Of a stretch of 64,000 nt of DNA, positions 1 to 9,035 are shown piece by piece; within the stretch, counting starts at the first letter, position 1; every line of letters begins with the position of its first letter. The position numbers and the translations under genes were made by a program. Origin of the DNA: an uncultured Chloroflexia bacterium. GTDB taxonomy: Bacteria > Chloroflexota > Limnocylindria > QHBO01. The notes beneath the pieces were generated by a model. The model did no database searches. It saw only the letters and a program-made list of their open reading frames with translations, and had not been told where the DNA came from. The stretch covers positions 177,825 to 241,824 of the forward strand of contig CAWBOA010000003.1 in NCBI GenBank assembly GCA_963790255.1, given 5' to 3'.

Positions 1-258
1 CTGACCGAGGACGCCTTCGAGACGCCGATCCAGATGGTGGCCGTGAGCTCCGCCGAGGACGCCGCGCTGCTCGAGATGCACGGCTCGCCGTCGATCCGGA
101 TCGACGGTGAGGACCTCGACCCGGACTCGGCCGGCCCGGTCGGCCTGGCCCCACGTGACTACGGCGCGGGTCCCGTGCCGGACAAGCCGCTGATCCGGCG
201 CGCCGTCGAGCGCGCCCGCGGCTGGAGCCACCCACCGCCCGCGCGTCGCCGGCCGTGA
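1..258 (+). CDS. 3' fragment of a gene starting upstream of the window; possible thioredoxin-fold protein
   Basis: Frame 1 is open from base 1 to TGA 256-258 with GC3-rich codons. The motif GSPSIRIDGEDL weakly resembles the C-terminal strand of thioredoxin/glutaredoxin-like proteins. Confidence 0.35.
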   Translation: MTEDAFETPIQMVAVSSAEDAALLEMHGSPSIRIDGEDLDPDSAGPVGLAPRDYGAGPVPDKPLIRRAVERARGWSHPPPARRRP

Positions 259-285
259 TCAGGGGTAGACTGCGCCCAACAGCCC

Positions 286-660
286 ATGTCCGCCAGCAAA
301 CGGCCGAGCACCTCGAGCCTCCGCCGATACCTCACATCCCGTCCGTACATCGCGGTCGCCGACGTTCGGCGACGGTTCGGCCTCGATCCTGACGCGATGA
401 GCGTCGTGTCCCGCAACGGGACGACGGCCTTCATCGGGCTGCCCGAGCGCGAGGCGTCGAAGCTCCAGGACCTCTGGCAGCGCGAGGAGGTCGGGGTCGA
501 GCTCTCGGTGGAGGTCCGGGCCCCGGTCATCGTCGGCATCTATCCGATGCGGATCGCGCGCTTCGTGATCGACCAGGCGATCGGCTACCACGGCAACGGC
601 GTCCATGCCCTCCCCGAGGCGGCCCATGACGAGGCGCCGGAGGGCATCACCGCCGAATGA
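286..660 (+). CDS. hypothetical protein (124 aa)
   Basis: ATG ORF with GC3-rich codon usage. Its stop overlaps the next start (ATGA at 657-660). No family recognised. Confidence 0.5.
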   Translation: MSASKRPSTSSLRRYLTSRPYIAVADVRRRFGLDPDAMSVVSRNGTTAFIGLPEREASKLQDLWQREEVGVELSVEVRAPVIVGIYPMRIARFVIDQAIGYHGNGVHALPEAAHDEAPEGITAE

Positions 661-986
661 GGGTGGGCGTCGTCCTCAGCGACCTCATCTTCTTCAGCCG
701 GATCGAATCGGCCGCGGCGGCCGCCGGCGTCCCTCTCGTTCGAGCCGATGAGCCGGCCGACCTGCCTGGCGGCCTCGACCTGATCCTCGTCGACTGGTCG
801 GCCCGTCGCGAAGGGTGGGCGAAGGCCCTCAGCGGCCGCGATGAGGCCCGGGTGATCCTCTTCGGTCCCCACACGGACCTCGAGGCGCACGCTGATGCTC
901 GCGCCGCCGGCCTCGGTCCGATGTGGGCTCGATCGAAGCTCGTCGCGCTGGGAGCAGGGCTGTTCGGCGCCGACGATGGCGCGTGA
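657..986 (+). CDS. hypothetical protein (109 aa), possibly a receiver-like alpha/beta fold
   Basis: ATG start coupled by ATGA overlap to the upstream ORF. The alternating hydrophobic strand/helix pattern (MRVGVVLSDLIFFSRI...LILVDW...VILFGPH) is reminiscent of CheY-like folds, but no phospho-acceptor motif is recognised. Confidence 0.45.
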   Translation: MRVGVVLSDLIFFSRIESAAAAAGVPLVRADEPADLPGGLDLILVDWSARREGWAKALSGRDEARVILFGPHTDLEAHADARAAGLGPMWARSKLVALGAGLFGADDGA

Positions 987-1005
987 GGCGTCGGCGGCGC
1001 GCCGC

Positions 1006-1233
1006 CTAGAAGCGCGGTGAGAAGACCAGGTCGATCACGATGCCGGCCGGCGTCTCGCGCCAGCTCCTGGCGACGAGGGCCATGCCGTCAGCGAGCATGT
1101 CGTCGCGGACCTTCACCGACGCGGCGTGCGCACGCGCCGCGTCCGAGGCCGACACGGTGCGTCGGATGAGACGGCTTGCGGGCGGGGCGAACGGCGCGCT
1201 GATCGTCGGTTCGGGCGGACCGACCGCGGTCAC
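1006..1233 (-). CDS. small hypothetical protein (about 75 aa), tentative
   Basis: GTG at 1233-1231 overlaps the TGA of the upstream dehydrogenase gene (GTGA), the coupling pattern seen repeatedly in this window. No homology recognised. Confidence 0.3.
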   Translation of the reverse strand: MTAVGPPEPTISAPFAPPASRLIRRTVSASDAARAHAASVKVRDDMLADGMALVARSWRETPAGIVIDLVFSPRF

Positions 1234-2537
1234 GGCCGGGCCGACTCGACCATCACAGAGCGCGCCTCGGCGACCTTGCGCACGCGAGCCGGCCGCATCT
1301 CCATCGATGACATCGCCACCCTGGCGGCGCCGGATGGATCGATGACGGCTCGCGCCTCGCTCAGCCATGCGTAATCCACGCCCGGGTGCAGCGTGTTCGC
1401 GAGCACCGCGTCATACGACGCTGGGTCGGGGTTCTTCACGGACAGCAGGATGTTGTGGTCGTCGATGGGCACCGAGGGAACGAGCGGGTCGTAGACATCG
1501 ACCGACGCGCCCCGTCGCATGAGCTCGGTGACGATCTCGATCCCCGGCGACTCACGCGTGTCCTCGATTCCGGGCTTGTACGCGACGCCCACCACCAGGA
1601 CACGTGCTCCCGACAGCCCGCGCCCGATCGACGACAGGTTGCCGGCGATCTGGTCAACGATCTCGAGCGGACGGGCCGCAATCGCCTCCATGGCCTTTGC
1701 GAGGATCGGGGCCTCGGCATGGCGCGACCGTAGCTCCCAGAGCAGGTAGTGGGGATCGCACGGGATGCAATGCCCACCCACGCCCGTCCCTGGATAGAAC
1801 GGCATGAACCCATACGGCTTCGTGGCTGCGGCGTCGATGACCTCGCGTGGGTCCATGCCCAGGGCCCCGCACACATCAGCGATCTCATTCGCGAAGGCGA
1901 CGTTGACGGCGCGGAACGAGTTCTCCAGCAGCTTCGTCATCTCGGCGGCATCGGCAGAGCTCACCTGGACGACCTCGTCGGCGATGAGGCCGATGATCAT
2001 CGACGCGCGCTCCAGGCACTCCGCCGTGACGCCACCGACAACCCGCGGCACGTCGCCATGCGGCGTCGTGTTGCCGGGATCGATCCGCTCGGGGCTGGAC
2101 GCAACGAAGATCGTCTCACCGATGACGAACCCGCGCTCGCGCAGTGGCTCGGCAAGGAGCTCGCGGGTTGTCCCCGGGTAGCTCGTGCTGGTGAGGATGA
2201 TGACCTGGCCCGGTTCTGCGTGCCTCACGGCATCCGCGCAGGCCCCGCGCAGCATCCGCAGGTCGGGGGCCCGATGCTCGTCCACCGGCGTGGGGACGCA
2301 GATGAGCACGGCGTCGGCCTCTCCGAGCGACTCCAGAGAGTGCGTCAGCACGAAGTCATCGTCATCGAGCCTGGCGTCCAGAAGGACGCGGTCCGTGGGG
2401 ACGAGGTCGACGCGCCGCTCTCGGATCGCCCTGAGGCGCGACTCGCTGATGTCGATGCCGATGGTGCGAGCGCCCTTCGCGCGGGCCGTGAGCGCCGTCG
2501 GAAGGCCGACGTAGCCAAGCCCGAGGATGGCGATCAC
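1230..2537 (-). CDS. nucleotide-sugar 6-dehydrogenase (UDP-glucose/GDP-mannose dehydrogenase family; WbpO/TviB/WecC-like)
   Basis: N-terminal Rossmann motif VIAILGLGYVGLP and catalytic-region motif GVGGHCIPCDP. The length from GTG 2537 (about 435 aa) is typical. The ORF also stays open to an alternative GTG at 2675. Confidence 0.85.
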   Translation of the reverse strand: MIAILGLGYVGLPTALTARAKGARTIGIDISESRLRAIRERRVDLVPTDRVLLDARLDDDDFVLTHSLESLGEADAVLICVPTPVDEHRAPDLRMLRGACADAVRHAEPGQVIILTSTSYPGTTRELLAEPLRERGFVIGETIFVASSPERIDPGNTTPHGDVPRVVGGVTAECLERASMIIGLIADEVVQVSSADAAEMTKLLENSFRAVNVAFANEIADVCGALGMDPREVIDAAATKPYGFMPFYPGTGVGGHCIPCDPHYLLWELRSRHAEAPILAKAMEAIAARPLEIVDQIAGNLSSIGRGLSGARVLVVGVAYKPGIEDTRESPGIEIVTELMRRGASVDVYDPLVPSVPIDDHNILLSVKNPDPASYDAVLANTLHPGVDYAWLSEARAVIDPSGAARVAMSSMEMRPARVRKVAEARSVMVESARP

Positions 2538-2693
2538 CGGCTGCGCCGATGCGCCCTCGCTGGGTCGATAGCTAGAAATGCTCGAGCGGCGCGGCACAGC
2601 GCCGACGTCGAGACTAACCCTCAATTCCGTCAATGGACACGCCCCTGTTGCTCGGGTCCCCCCGGGGCTGGACACTTCCCCGCCGGGATGCGA

Positions 2694-2722
2694 GTCTCCT
2701 AGTACTAAGGTACCTATGTCAA
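2694..2722 (-). promoter_or_regulatory. promoter-like element TTGACA-N15-TAGGAG containing an imperfect inverted repeat (AGGTAC-CTTA-GTACTA)
   Basis: Minus-strand reading is TTGACATAGGTACCTTAGTACTAGGAG. It lies in the low-GC divergent region upstream of the dehydrogenase gene. Its core is 13/14 identical to the element at 29175-29203. Confidence 0.35.
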
Positions 2723-2948
2723 GGGGCGACTATCGGGTAGCGGTGCCTTCCCGCAACGATGGGCGATCGTGCGAGGATCGCGGGTGTTCCGGCTCCGAGG
2801 TCGTCTTGACGGAGCGTCCGGCGCGTGCAACCCTCCAGCATCCACGAGCCTGCCCGCTGCGCCGCAGCCTTGAGACCTGGCGGCCGATAGCGGAGACGAA
2901 GAGTGACAGATCGCGGGAGTCTCCCGCGCGTGCGGGGGAAACGCTGAG

Positions 2949-4823
2949 ATGTGCGGCATCGCCGGCATCGCAACCACCCACGGGCTCACCGACCAGGACC
3001 GATACCTCGTTGGCTGCATGCTCGAGTCGCTTGCCCATCGTGGGCCGGACGACCAGCACCTCCAGGCGGACGAGATGACGAGCATCGGGGCGCGACGCCT
3101 GTCGATCATCGACCTCGAGACGGGGCGGCAGCCGGTCTCGAACGAGGACGGGTCGGTGTGGGCAACCCAGAACGGCGAGATCTACAACTACGTGGAGCTC
3201 CGCGCCGAGCTCGAGGCCAAGGGCCATCGCCTGACGACCCAGGGTGATACCGAGGTCATCGTCCACCTGTACGAGGACTACGGCGAGCGCTTCGTGGACC
3301 ACCTGCGGGGCATGTTCGCGATCGCCGTCTGGGACTCGGCGCGCCGCCGCCTCGTGCTCGCCCGCGATCGGGTCGGCAAGAAGCCGCTCTACTGGCGGCT
3401 CGCCGGCGGCCGAATCTCCTATGGGTCCGAGCTGAAGGCGCTGATGCTGGATCACAGCCTCGAGCGCACGGTGGACCGACGGGCGCTGGAGATGTTCTTC
3501 ATGTACCAGTACGTCCCGTCGCCCCACACGATCCTCGACGGGGTGCACAAGCTTCCTCCGGCCTCGACGCTCGTCTGGGACGGTGGCGAGCCCACGATCA
3601 CCCGCTACTGGCATCTGGACTACGAGCCCAAGCTCAAGATGGCCCCCGATGAGCAGCGCGAGGCCTGTCTCGAGCTCATGCGCGAGTCGGTGCGCCTGCG
3701 AATGCGCAGCGACGTGCCGGTCGGGCTCTTCCTCTCCGGTGGGATGGACTCGAGCCTGGTCCTGGCTCTCATGGCCGAAGTCTCGAGCCAGCCGGTGCGC
3801 ACGTTCACGATCGGGTTTGACGATCCGGCGTACAACGAGGCGGGCTATGCCCGCACGGTGGCCGAGAGATACGGCACCGCGCACACCGAGGAGGTCGTGC
3901 GCCTGGACGCCATCGAGATGCTGCCGCGACTCGCGGAGCACTACGACGAGCCATTCGGAGACTCATCGGCCATCCCGACCTTCCGCGTATCCGAGCTCGC
4001 CGGCCGCGACGTCAAGGTCGTCCTGACGGGCGATGGCGGGGACGAAGCGTTCGGCGGCTACGAACGCTACCGCTTCCACATCGGCATGCAGCGCCTCGAC
4101 CGGCTCCCCAGACCGATTCGCCGGTCGGCTGCGCTGCTCGCTGCGCGCGTCGCGATGTGGGGACGTCCGGGCATCAAGGCCCGTGGTCGGGGAAGCGGTT
4201 GGGATCGCATGGCCCGGCTCAGCAGTGCCGAGCGCTACGTGGTCGTCATGTCAACCTTCAACCGCGAGCTCCGCGCGCGGCTCCTCGGTCGACCAGACGA
4301 CGCGGAGCGCTACCTGCTGGATATCCTGGCAGCCGGCCCGAGCGGCTCGGTGGATGAGCTCCTTCACGCCGACGTTCGCTCCTACCTGCCGGAGGACCTT
4401 CTGGTGAAGATGGACCGCGCCTCGATGGCCAGCTCGCTCGAGGGCCGCGCGCCGCTGCTCGACCACCGGCTGCTGGAGTTCGTGGCCCGTCTGCCCGCGA
4501 GCCGCAAGGTCGCCCTGTTCCAGACGAAGGTCCTGCTGCGCGAGATCGCGACCGGGGTCCTGACGCGAGAGATCGTCGATCGGCCGAAGATGGGATTCGG
4601 CGTGCCCATCGAAGCCTGGTTCCGAGGCGCGCTTGGCGATGTCTTCCGCGAGACGGTCCTCGCGCCGGATAGCGTGTCGCGAGACTTCCTCGACGTGGCG
4701 GTGGCGGACGACCTGCTGGACATCCACATGCGCGGCGAAGCGCTCCACGCCCGCCAGCTCTGGCTCATCCTGATGTTCGAGCTCTGGGGGCGCCGCTGGC
4801 TCCAGGATCGGCCCGCCGCATGA
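2949..4823 (+). CDS. asparagine synthase (glutamine-hydrolysing)-family amidotransferase, WbpS-like
   Basis: N-terminal MCGIAGI class-II glutamine amidotransferase nucleophile, SGGMDSS PP-loop motif, 624 aa. It sits inside the polysaccharide locus. Confidence 0.9.
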   Translation: MCGIAGIATTHGLTDQDRYLVGCMLESLAHRGPDDQHLQADEMTSIGARRLSIIDLETGRQPVSNEDGSVWATQNGEIYNYVELRAELEAKGHRLTTQGDTEVIVHLYEDYGERFVDHLRGMFAIAVWDSARRRLVLARDRVGKKPLYWRLAGGRISYGSELKALMLDHSLERTVDRRALEMFFMYQYVPSPHTILDGVHKLPPASTLVWDGGEPTITRYWHLDYEPKLKMAPDEQREACLELMRESVRLRMRSDVPVGLFLSGGMDSSLVLALMAEVSSQPVRTFTIGFDDPAYNEAGYARTVAERYGTAHTEEVVRLDAIEMLPRLAEHYDEPFGDSSAIPTFRVSELAGRDVKVVLTGDGGDEAFGGYERYRFHIGMQRLDRLPRPIRRSAALLAARVAMWGRPGIKARGRGSGWDRMARLSSAERYVVVMSTFNRELRARLLGRPDDAERYLLDILAAGPSGSVDELLHADVRSYLPEDLLVKMDRASMASSLEGRAPLLDHRLLEFVARLPASRKVALFQTKVLLREIATGVLTREIVDRPKMGFGVPIEAWFRGALGDVFRETVLAPDSVSRDFLDVAVADDLLDIHMRGEALHARQLWLILMFELWGRRWLQDRPAA

Positions 4824-5749
4824 GATGCCTCGTCACCGGCGGAGCCGGATTCATCGGTCACCACCTGGTTCAGGCGCTGCTCGACCGCGGCGACGAGGTG
4901 GCGGTCCTCGACGACCTGTCGACCGGCAGGATCGAGCGCCTCGAGGGCCTGGACGATCGGATCACCCTCGTCATCGGCAGCATCCTCGACGACGGCGCCC
5001 TCGACGAGGCCCTGGCCGGCTGCACCGCCGTCCTGCACGAGGCAGCCCTGGCATCCGTCGCTCGATCGGTACGCGACCCGGCGACCTCCAACGAGGTGAA
5101 CGTCACCGGCACCGTGCGGCTCATGCTTGCAGCCGCCCGGGCCGGCGTGTCGCGGGTCGTCTATGCGGGCTCCTCGAGCGTGTATGGCGGTGGCGAGCTG
5201 CCGGCCCGCGAGTCACACCCCACCCGTCCCGCCTCGCCGTATGCGACGAGCAAGCTCGCGGCCGAGTCGTACGTTCACACGATCGGCGCGATGCACGGGA
5301 TGCAGACCGCGTCGCTCCGGTACTTCAACATCTTCGGCCCGGCGCAGGATCCCGCTTCGGAGTACGCCGCGGTCGTGCCTCGATTCGTGACGGCAGCGCT
5401 CGAGGGCCAGCAACCGGTCATCTTCGGAGACGGGCAGACGACACGCGACTTCACGTACGTGGATAACGCGGTCCAGGCAAACCTCCGCGCTCTCGACGCC
5501 CCTGCGCTGGATCGCCTGACCTGCAACATCGGCTGTGGCGAGCGATACTCGCTCCTCGAGCTCCTCGAGCTGATCGGGGACGCCGTGGGCCGGCGGCTGG
5601 AGCCGAGTTTCGAGCCTCCGCGCGCCGGAGACGTCCGCGACTCCCAGGCCGATATCACGCTGGCCCGCGAGCGCCTCGGCTACGAGCCGAGCGTGGGTCT
5701 GGCCGCGGGCATCGAATCGGCGGTGGCGTGGTATCGGGCGTCCCGGTAG
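4820..5749 (+). CDS. NAD-dependent nucleotide-sugar epimerase (WbpP/TviC-like SDR)
   Basis: TGGAGFIGHHL Rossmann motif, YATSKLAAE (YxxxK) and GDGQTTRDFTYVDNAVQAN, typical of the UDP-GlcNAc(A) 4-epimerase subgroup. ATGA overlap with the amidotransferase gene. Confidence 0.85.
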   Translation: MRCLVTGGAGFIGHHLVQALLDRGDEVAVLDDLSTGRIERLEGLDDRITLVIGSILDDGALDEALAGCTAVLHEAALASVARSVRDPATSNEVNVTGTVRLMLAAARAGVSRVVYAGSSSVYGGGELPARESHPTRPASPYATSKLAAESYVHTIGAMHGMQTASLRYFNIFGPAQDPASEYAAVVPRFVTAALEGQQPVIFGDGQTTRDFTYVDNAVQANLRALDAPALDRLTCNIGCGERYSLLELLELIGDAVGRRLEPSFEPPRAGDVRDSQADITLARERLGYEPSVGLAAGIESAVAWYRASR

Positions 5750-5762
5750 CCGAAAGGGAGCC

Positions 5763-6956
5763 GTGAGCCGACCTCCATCGTCGGGCCGCCCACTGCGCAT
5801 CGCCTATGTCAACGGATCGCTCGGGCTCGGCGGCAGCGAGCGCCAGATGCTGCTGCTGGCGCGACACCTCCCGCGACCCCGGTTCGAGGTCGAATTCGTG
5901 CTGCTCGGGGAGCCCGGCGAGCTCGCCGACGAAGCGCGGGCCGCCGGCGCACGGGTCCATTCCATTCGCTCACCGTCGCGCTCCAGGGTCGCGCTCCCAC
6001 TCTGGAGCCTCAGGGTGGTGGCATCGGTCTGGTCGTTCGTCCGGCTCGTTCGCCGGGGACACTATGACCTCGTCGACGCCTGGCTCTTCGACGCGTACGC
6101 CATGGCCGCCGTGACGAGACCGGTGACCCGAATCCCCGTCCTCGTCTCGGGCCGCCGCAGCCTGTCCGACTACAAGGCCCAGTTCTCCATCGTGCGGCGG
6201 CTCGCCGATCGAGTGGCCACAGCGTGGACCGACGCCATCGTTGCCAACGGGCACGCGGTGGCGGAGAACGTACAGCTTCGCGAGCGCTTGCCTGGCGATC
6301 GCATTCGAGTCATCCGGAACGGGGTCGAGATCCTGCCCTCGCCGGAGGCGGACGCACTGCAGGTGATTCGAGCCGGGTGGGGTTGTGACGAGCGCTCCCT
6401 GGTGATCGGCTGCGTCGCGAACTACAAGCCCGGAAAGGGCCTCGACCTGCTGCTGGACGCCTTCGCTCCGGTGGCGGCGTCCCGCCCCGAGACGCACCTC
6501 GTCCTGATTGGCGAGGGGGGACTTCGCACCAGCCTGGAACGGCAGATCGCGGATCGCGGCCTGACCGGCAGGGTGACGCTCGCTGGGGCCACGCCGGATC
6601 CGAGGCCCCTAGCCTTCGCGTTCGACATCGCGGTCCTCGCGTCCGAGGCCGAAGGCCTGCCGAACGCGCTGCTCGAGGCCGCGGCCGCCGCACGACCGAT
6701 GGTCGCCACCGATGCGGGGGCCTCCCGGGAGATCGTCATTCACGGAGAGACGGGCTTCGTCACGCCAGTGGGAGATCGCGAGGCGATGACCACGGCGCTC
6801 CTGCGCCTCGTGGACGCGCCCGACCTCCGAGCCGCGATGGGAGCCGCCGCCCTCGAGCACGCGCGCGTCGCGTTCGGCGTGGAACGTTGCGTGGCCGAGT
6901 TCGCCGCCCTTTACGAGGAGCTTGCAACGAGGAAGGCGGCCAGAGGGCGCAGGTGA
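5763..6956 (+). CDS. glycosyltransferase family 4 (GT-B, GT1 domain)
   Basis: GTG start after AAGGGAG. N-terminal LGLGGSERQ and C-terminal SEAEGLPNALLEAAAAARPMVATDAGASREIV...GETG (the E-X7-E region). Confidence 0.85.
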   Translation: MSRPPSSGRPLRIAYVNGSLGLGGSERQMLLLARHLPRPRFEVEFVLLGEPGELADEARAAGARVHSIRSPSRSRVALPLWSLRVVASVWSFVRLVRRGHYDLVDAWLFDAYAMAAVTRPVTRIPVLVSGRRSLSDYKAQFSIVRRLADRVATAWTDAIVANGHAVAENVQLRERLPGDRIRVIRNGVEILPSPEADALQVIRAGWGCDERSLVIGCVANYKPGKGLDLLLDAFAPVAASRPETHLVLIGEGGLRTSLERQIADRGLTGRVTLAGATPDPRPLAFAFDIAVLASEAEGLPNALLEAAAAARPMVATDAGASREIVIHGETGFVTPVGDREAMTTALLRLVDAPDLRAAMGAAALEHARVAFGVERCVAEFAALYEELATRKAARGRR

Positions 6957-8139
6957 CTTCCGCATCGCCCCGTCCGATCCGCGTCCTCTTCGTCGTGCCC
7001 GACCTGGGCTCGGGCGGGACCGAGCGTCAGCTCGTGGCCCTGACGCGCCGCCTGCCGCGCGACCGCTTCACGGCCGCATTCGTGCTGATCCGCGAGCGCG
7101 GCATGCACGCGGACCTAGTCGAGGCGGAGGGCATCGAGGTGACCGTGCTGGGCATCCTGCCGCCGTCACAGGTCGGATGGATCCGGGTGCTGCCCCTGTC
7201 CATCCGTGGCCTGTACCGCTTCCTGCGCACGGCGCGACGCGGCCGCTACGACATCGTCGACGCCTGGCTCTATCACGGGTACTGGTTGGCGGCCGTCACC
7301 CACCGCCTGGCGGGCATACGGTTGTTCGTGGCTGGTCGCCGCAGCCTGAGCGACTTCAAGGAGGGCTGGGGCTGGCCCGCTCGCGCGCTGGACGGACTGG
7401 CGCGTCGCCGGGCGCACGTCGTCGTCGCGAACTCGGAGCTCGTGCGCCGTGACGTCATCGAGCGAGAGGGGATGGACCCGCGTCGCATCGTCGTCATTCC
7501 CAACGGCGTCGAGGTCCCCCCGAACCGGACACGGCGTGTCGGCAGGCGGCTCGTCGTCAGTGGGGCATCAGCCACGATGACTTCGTGATCGGCTGTGTGT
7601 CGAACCTGAAGCAGGGCAAGGGGATCGAGGACCTGCTGGAGGCCTTCGCGCTCCTCGCCGATCGCGACCCGGTGCGCCTCGTGCTGGTGGGGGACGGCCC
7701 ACGTCGGGCCCAGCTGATGGATCAAGCGGAGCGCCTGGCTGTCTCTGACCGGGTCCGGTTCCACGGATTGGATGCCGATCCGTCCCGTCTCCTGCCGGGA
7801 ATGGATCTCTTCGTCCACCCATCAGAGAGCGAGGGACTGCCCAACGCCGTTCTCGAGGCGGCCGCGGCGGGGCTGCCGATTGTGGCCACGGCGGCCGGCG
7901 GCACGCCGGAGATCGTCAGTGATGGCGAGACGGGCGCCCTCGTCCCGGTGGGCGACGTCGCGGCGATGGCATCGGCGATCGAGGCCCTCCGCGGCGATCC
8001 GGATCGCCGGACGCGCCTCGGGGCCGCGGCTCGGCACCACGTCCGGGCGACGTACGGGATGGACCGCTTCATCGCGGAGACGGCGGCGCTCTACGAGCGG
8101 CTCGTCGCCGGTCCTCCGCCAGGGCAGCGATCTCGATGA
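6953..8139 (+). pseudogene. glycosyltransferase family 4, paralog of 5763-6956, split by a frame change at a C6 run (7516-7521)
   Basis: The N-terminal half lies in the frame of ORF 6887-7588 (PDLGSGGTERQ). The C-terminal half lies in the frame of ORF 7585-8139 (SESEGLPNAVLEAAAAGLPIVATAAGGTPEIV). The second frame reads back as PPEPDTACRQAARRQWGISHDDFVIGCV through the C6 run, so one extra C restores one ORF. GTGA overlap with the upstream GT. Confidence 0.75.
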
Positions 8140-8240
8140 TCGGTGGCGAACGTTGAATCCGGCATGTACCCTCATCGCCCCGCACGAGGGATGCGAGTGA
8201 CCCGCCTCGAACCGAGCCCCGTTTGCCCGAGCCTGAGCCG

Positions 8241-9035
8241 ATGAAGGCTGTCGTTTTCAGCGGCGGAGCCCCCCTTCAGCTCGCCAACGACGGCCAGCCC
8301 GTCCCGAAGCCGATGGTGCGGCTCGGAGCCCAGCCCGTGCTGTGGCACGTCATGCGCATCCACGCGTCCGCCGGTCTGGACGACTTCGTGCTGTGCCTCG
8401 GGCGCGGTGCCGACGTGATCAAGGCCTACTTCCTCGAATATCAGGAGGCACTTGCGAACGACTTCGTGCTCTCCGGCCCGGAGCGCCAGGTGCGCCTGCT
8501 CCACAGCGACATGGACCGATGGCGCATCACGTTCGCCGATACCGGCCGCCAGGCGCCGGTGCTGCGGCGCCTCCGCGCCGCCCAGCCGCTGCTCGCCGAT
8601 GAGGAGGTCTTCTGCGCCAGCTACGGGGACGTGCTGACCGATGCGCCACTTGGGGAGTTTCGAGAGGACTTTCTGCATCGCACAGAGCTCGCGGGCGTCC
8701 TCGCCGTGCGGCCGCGTGGCGGTGCTGGGCTGCTGGATACCGCTCCCGATGGGTTGGTGACTGGCGTCAGCTCGCTGGAGAGTGACGATCGCTGGATGGC
8801 CGGCGGCTACTTCTTCTTCCGGCGAGGAATCTTCGACGAGCTCATCGAGGACTCGATGCTGGAGGGTCTGCTCCCGCGGCTGGCAGCGAAGGGCCAGCTG
8901 CGCGCCTATCGCTACGACGGATTCTGGTCGGGCATGGACTCGCTGCGCGACGTCCAGCTCCTCAACTCGCTCGTCGAGTCCGGGCAGGCGCCATGGCAGC
9001 TCCGGATCACCGAGCAGGACCGCCGGTCCGCATGA
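8241..9035 (+). CDS. glucose-1-phosphate cytidylyltransferase-like protein with a degenerate N-terminal signature
   Basis: Full-length similarity to RfbF ([25 protein letters not shown]). The canonical GGxGxRL is replaced by GGAPLQL. Start ambiguous (ATG 8241 or TTG 8223). Confidence 0.7.
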   Translation: MKAVVFSGGAPLQLANDGQPVPKPMVRLGAQPVLWHVMRIHASAGLDDFVLCLGRGADVIKAYFLEYQEALANDFVLSGPERQVRLLHSDMDRWRITFADTGRQAPVLRRLRAAQPLLADEEVFCASYGDVLTDAPLGEFREDFLHRTELAGVLAVRPRGGAGLLDTAPDGLVTGVSSLESDDRWMAGGYFFFRRGIFDELIEDSMLEGLLPRLAAKGQLRAYRYDGFWSGMDSLRDVQLLNSLVESGQAPWQLRITEQDRRSA

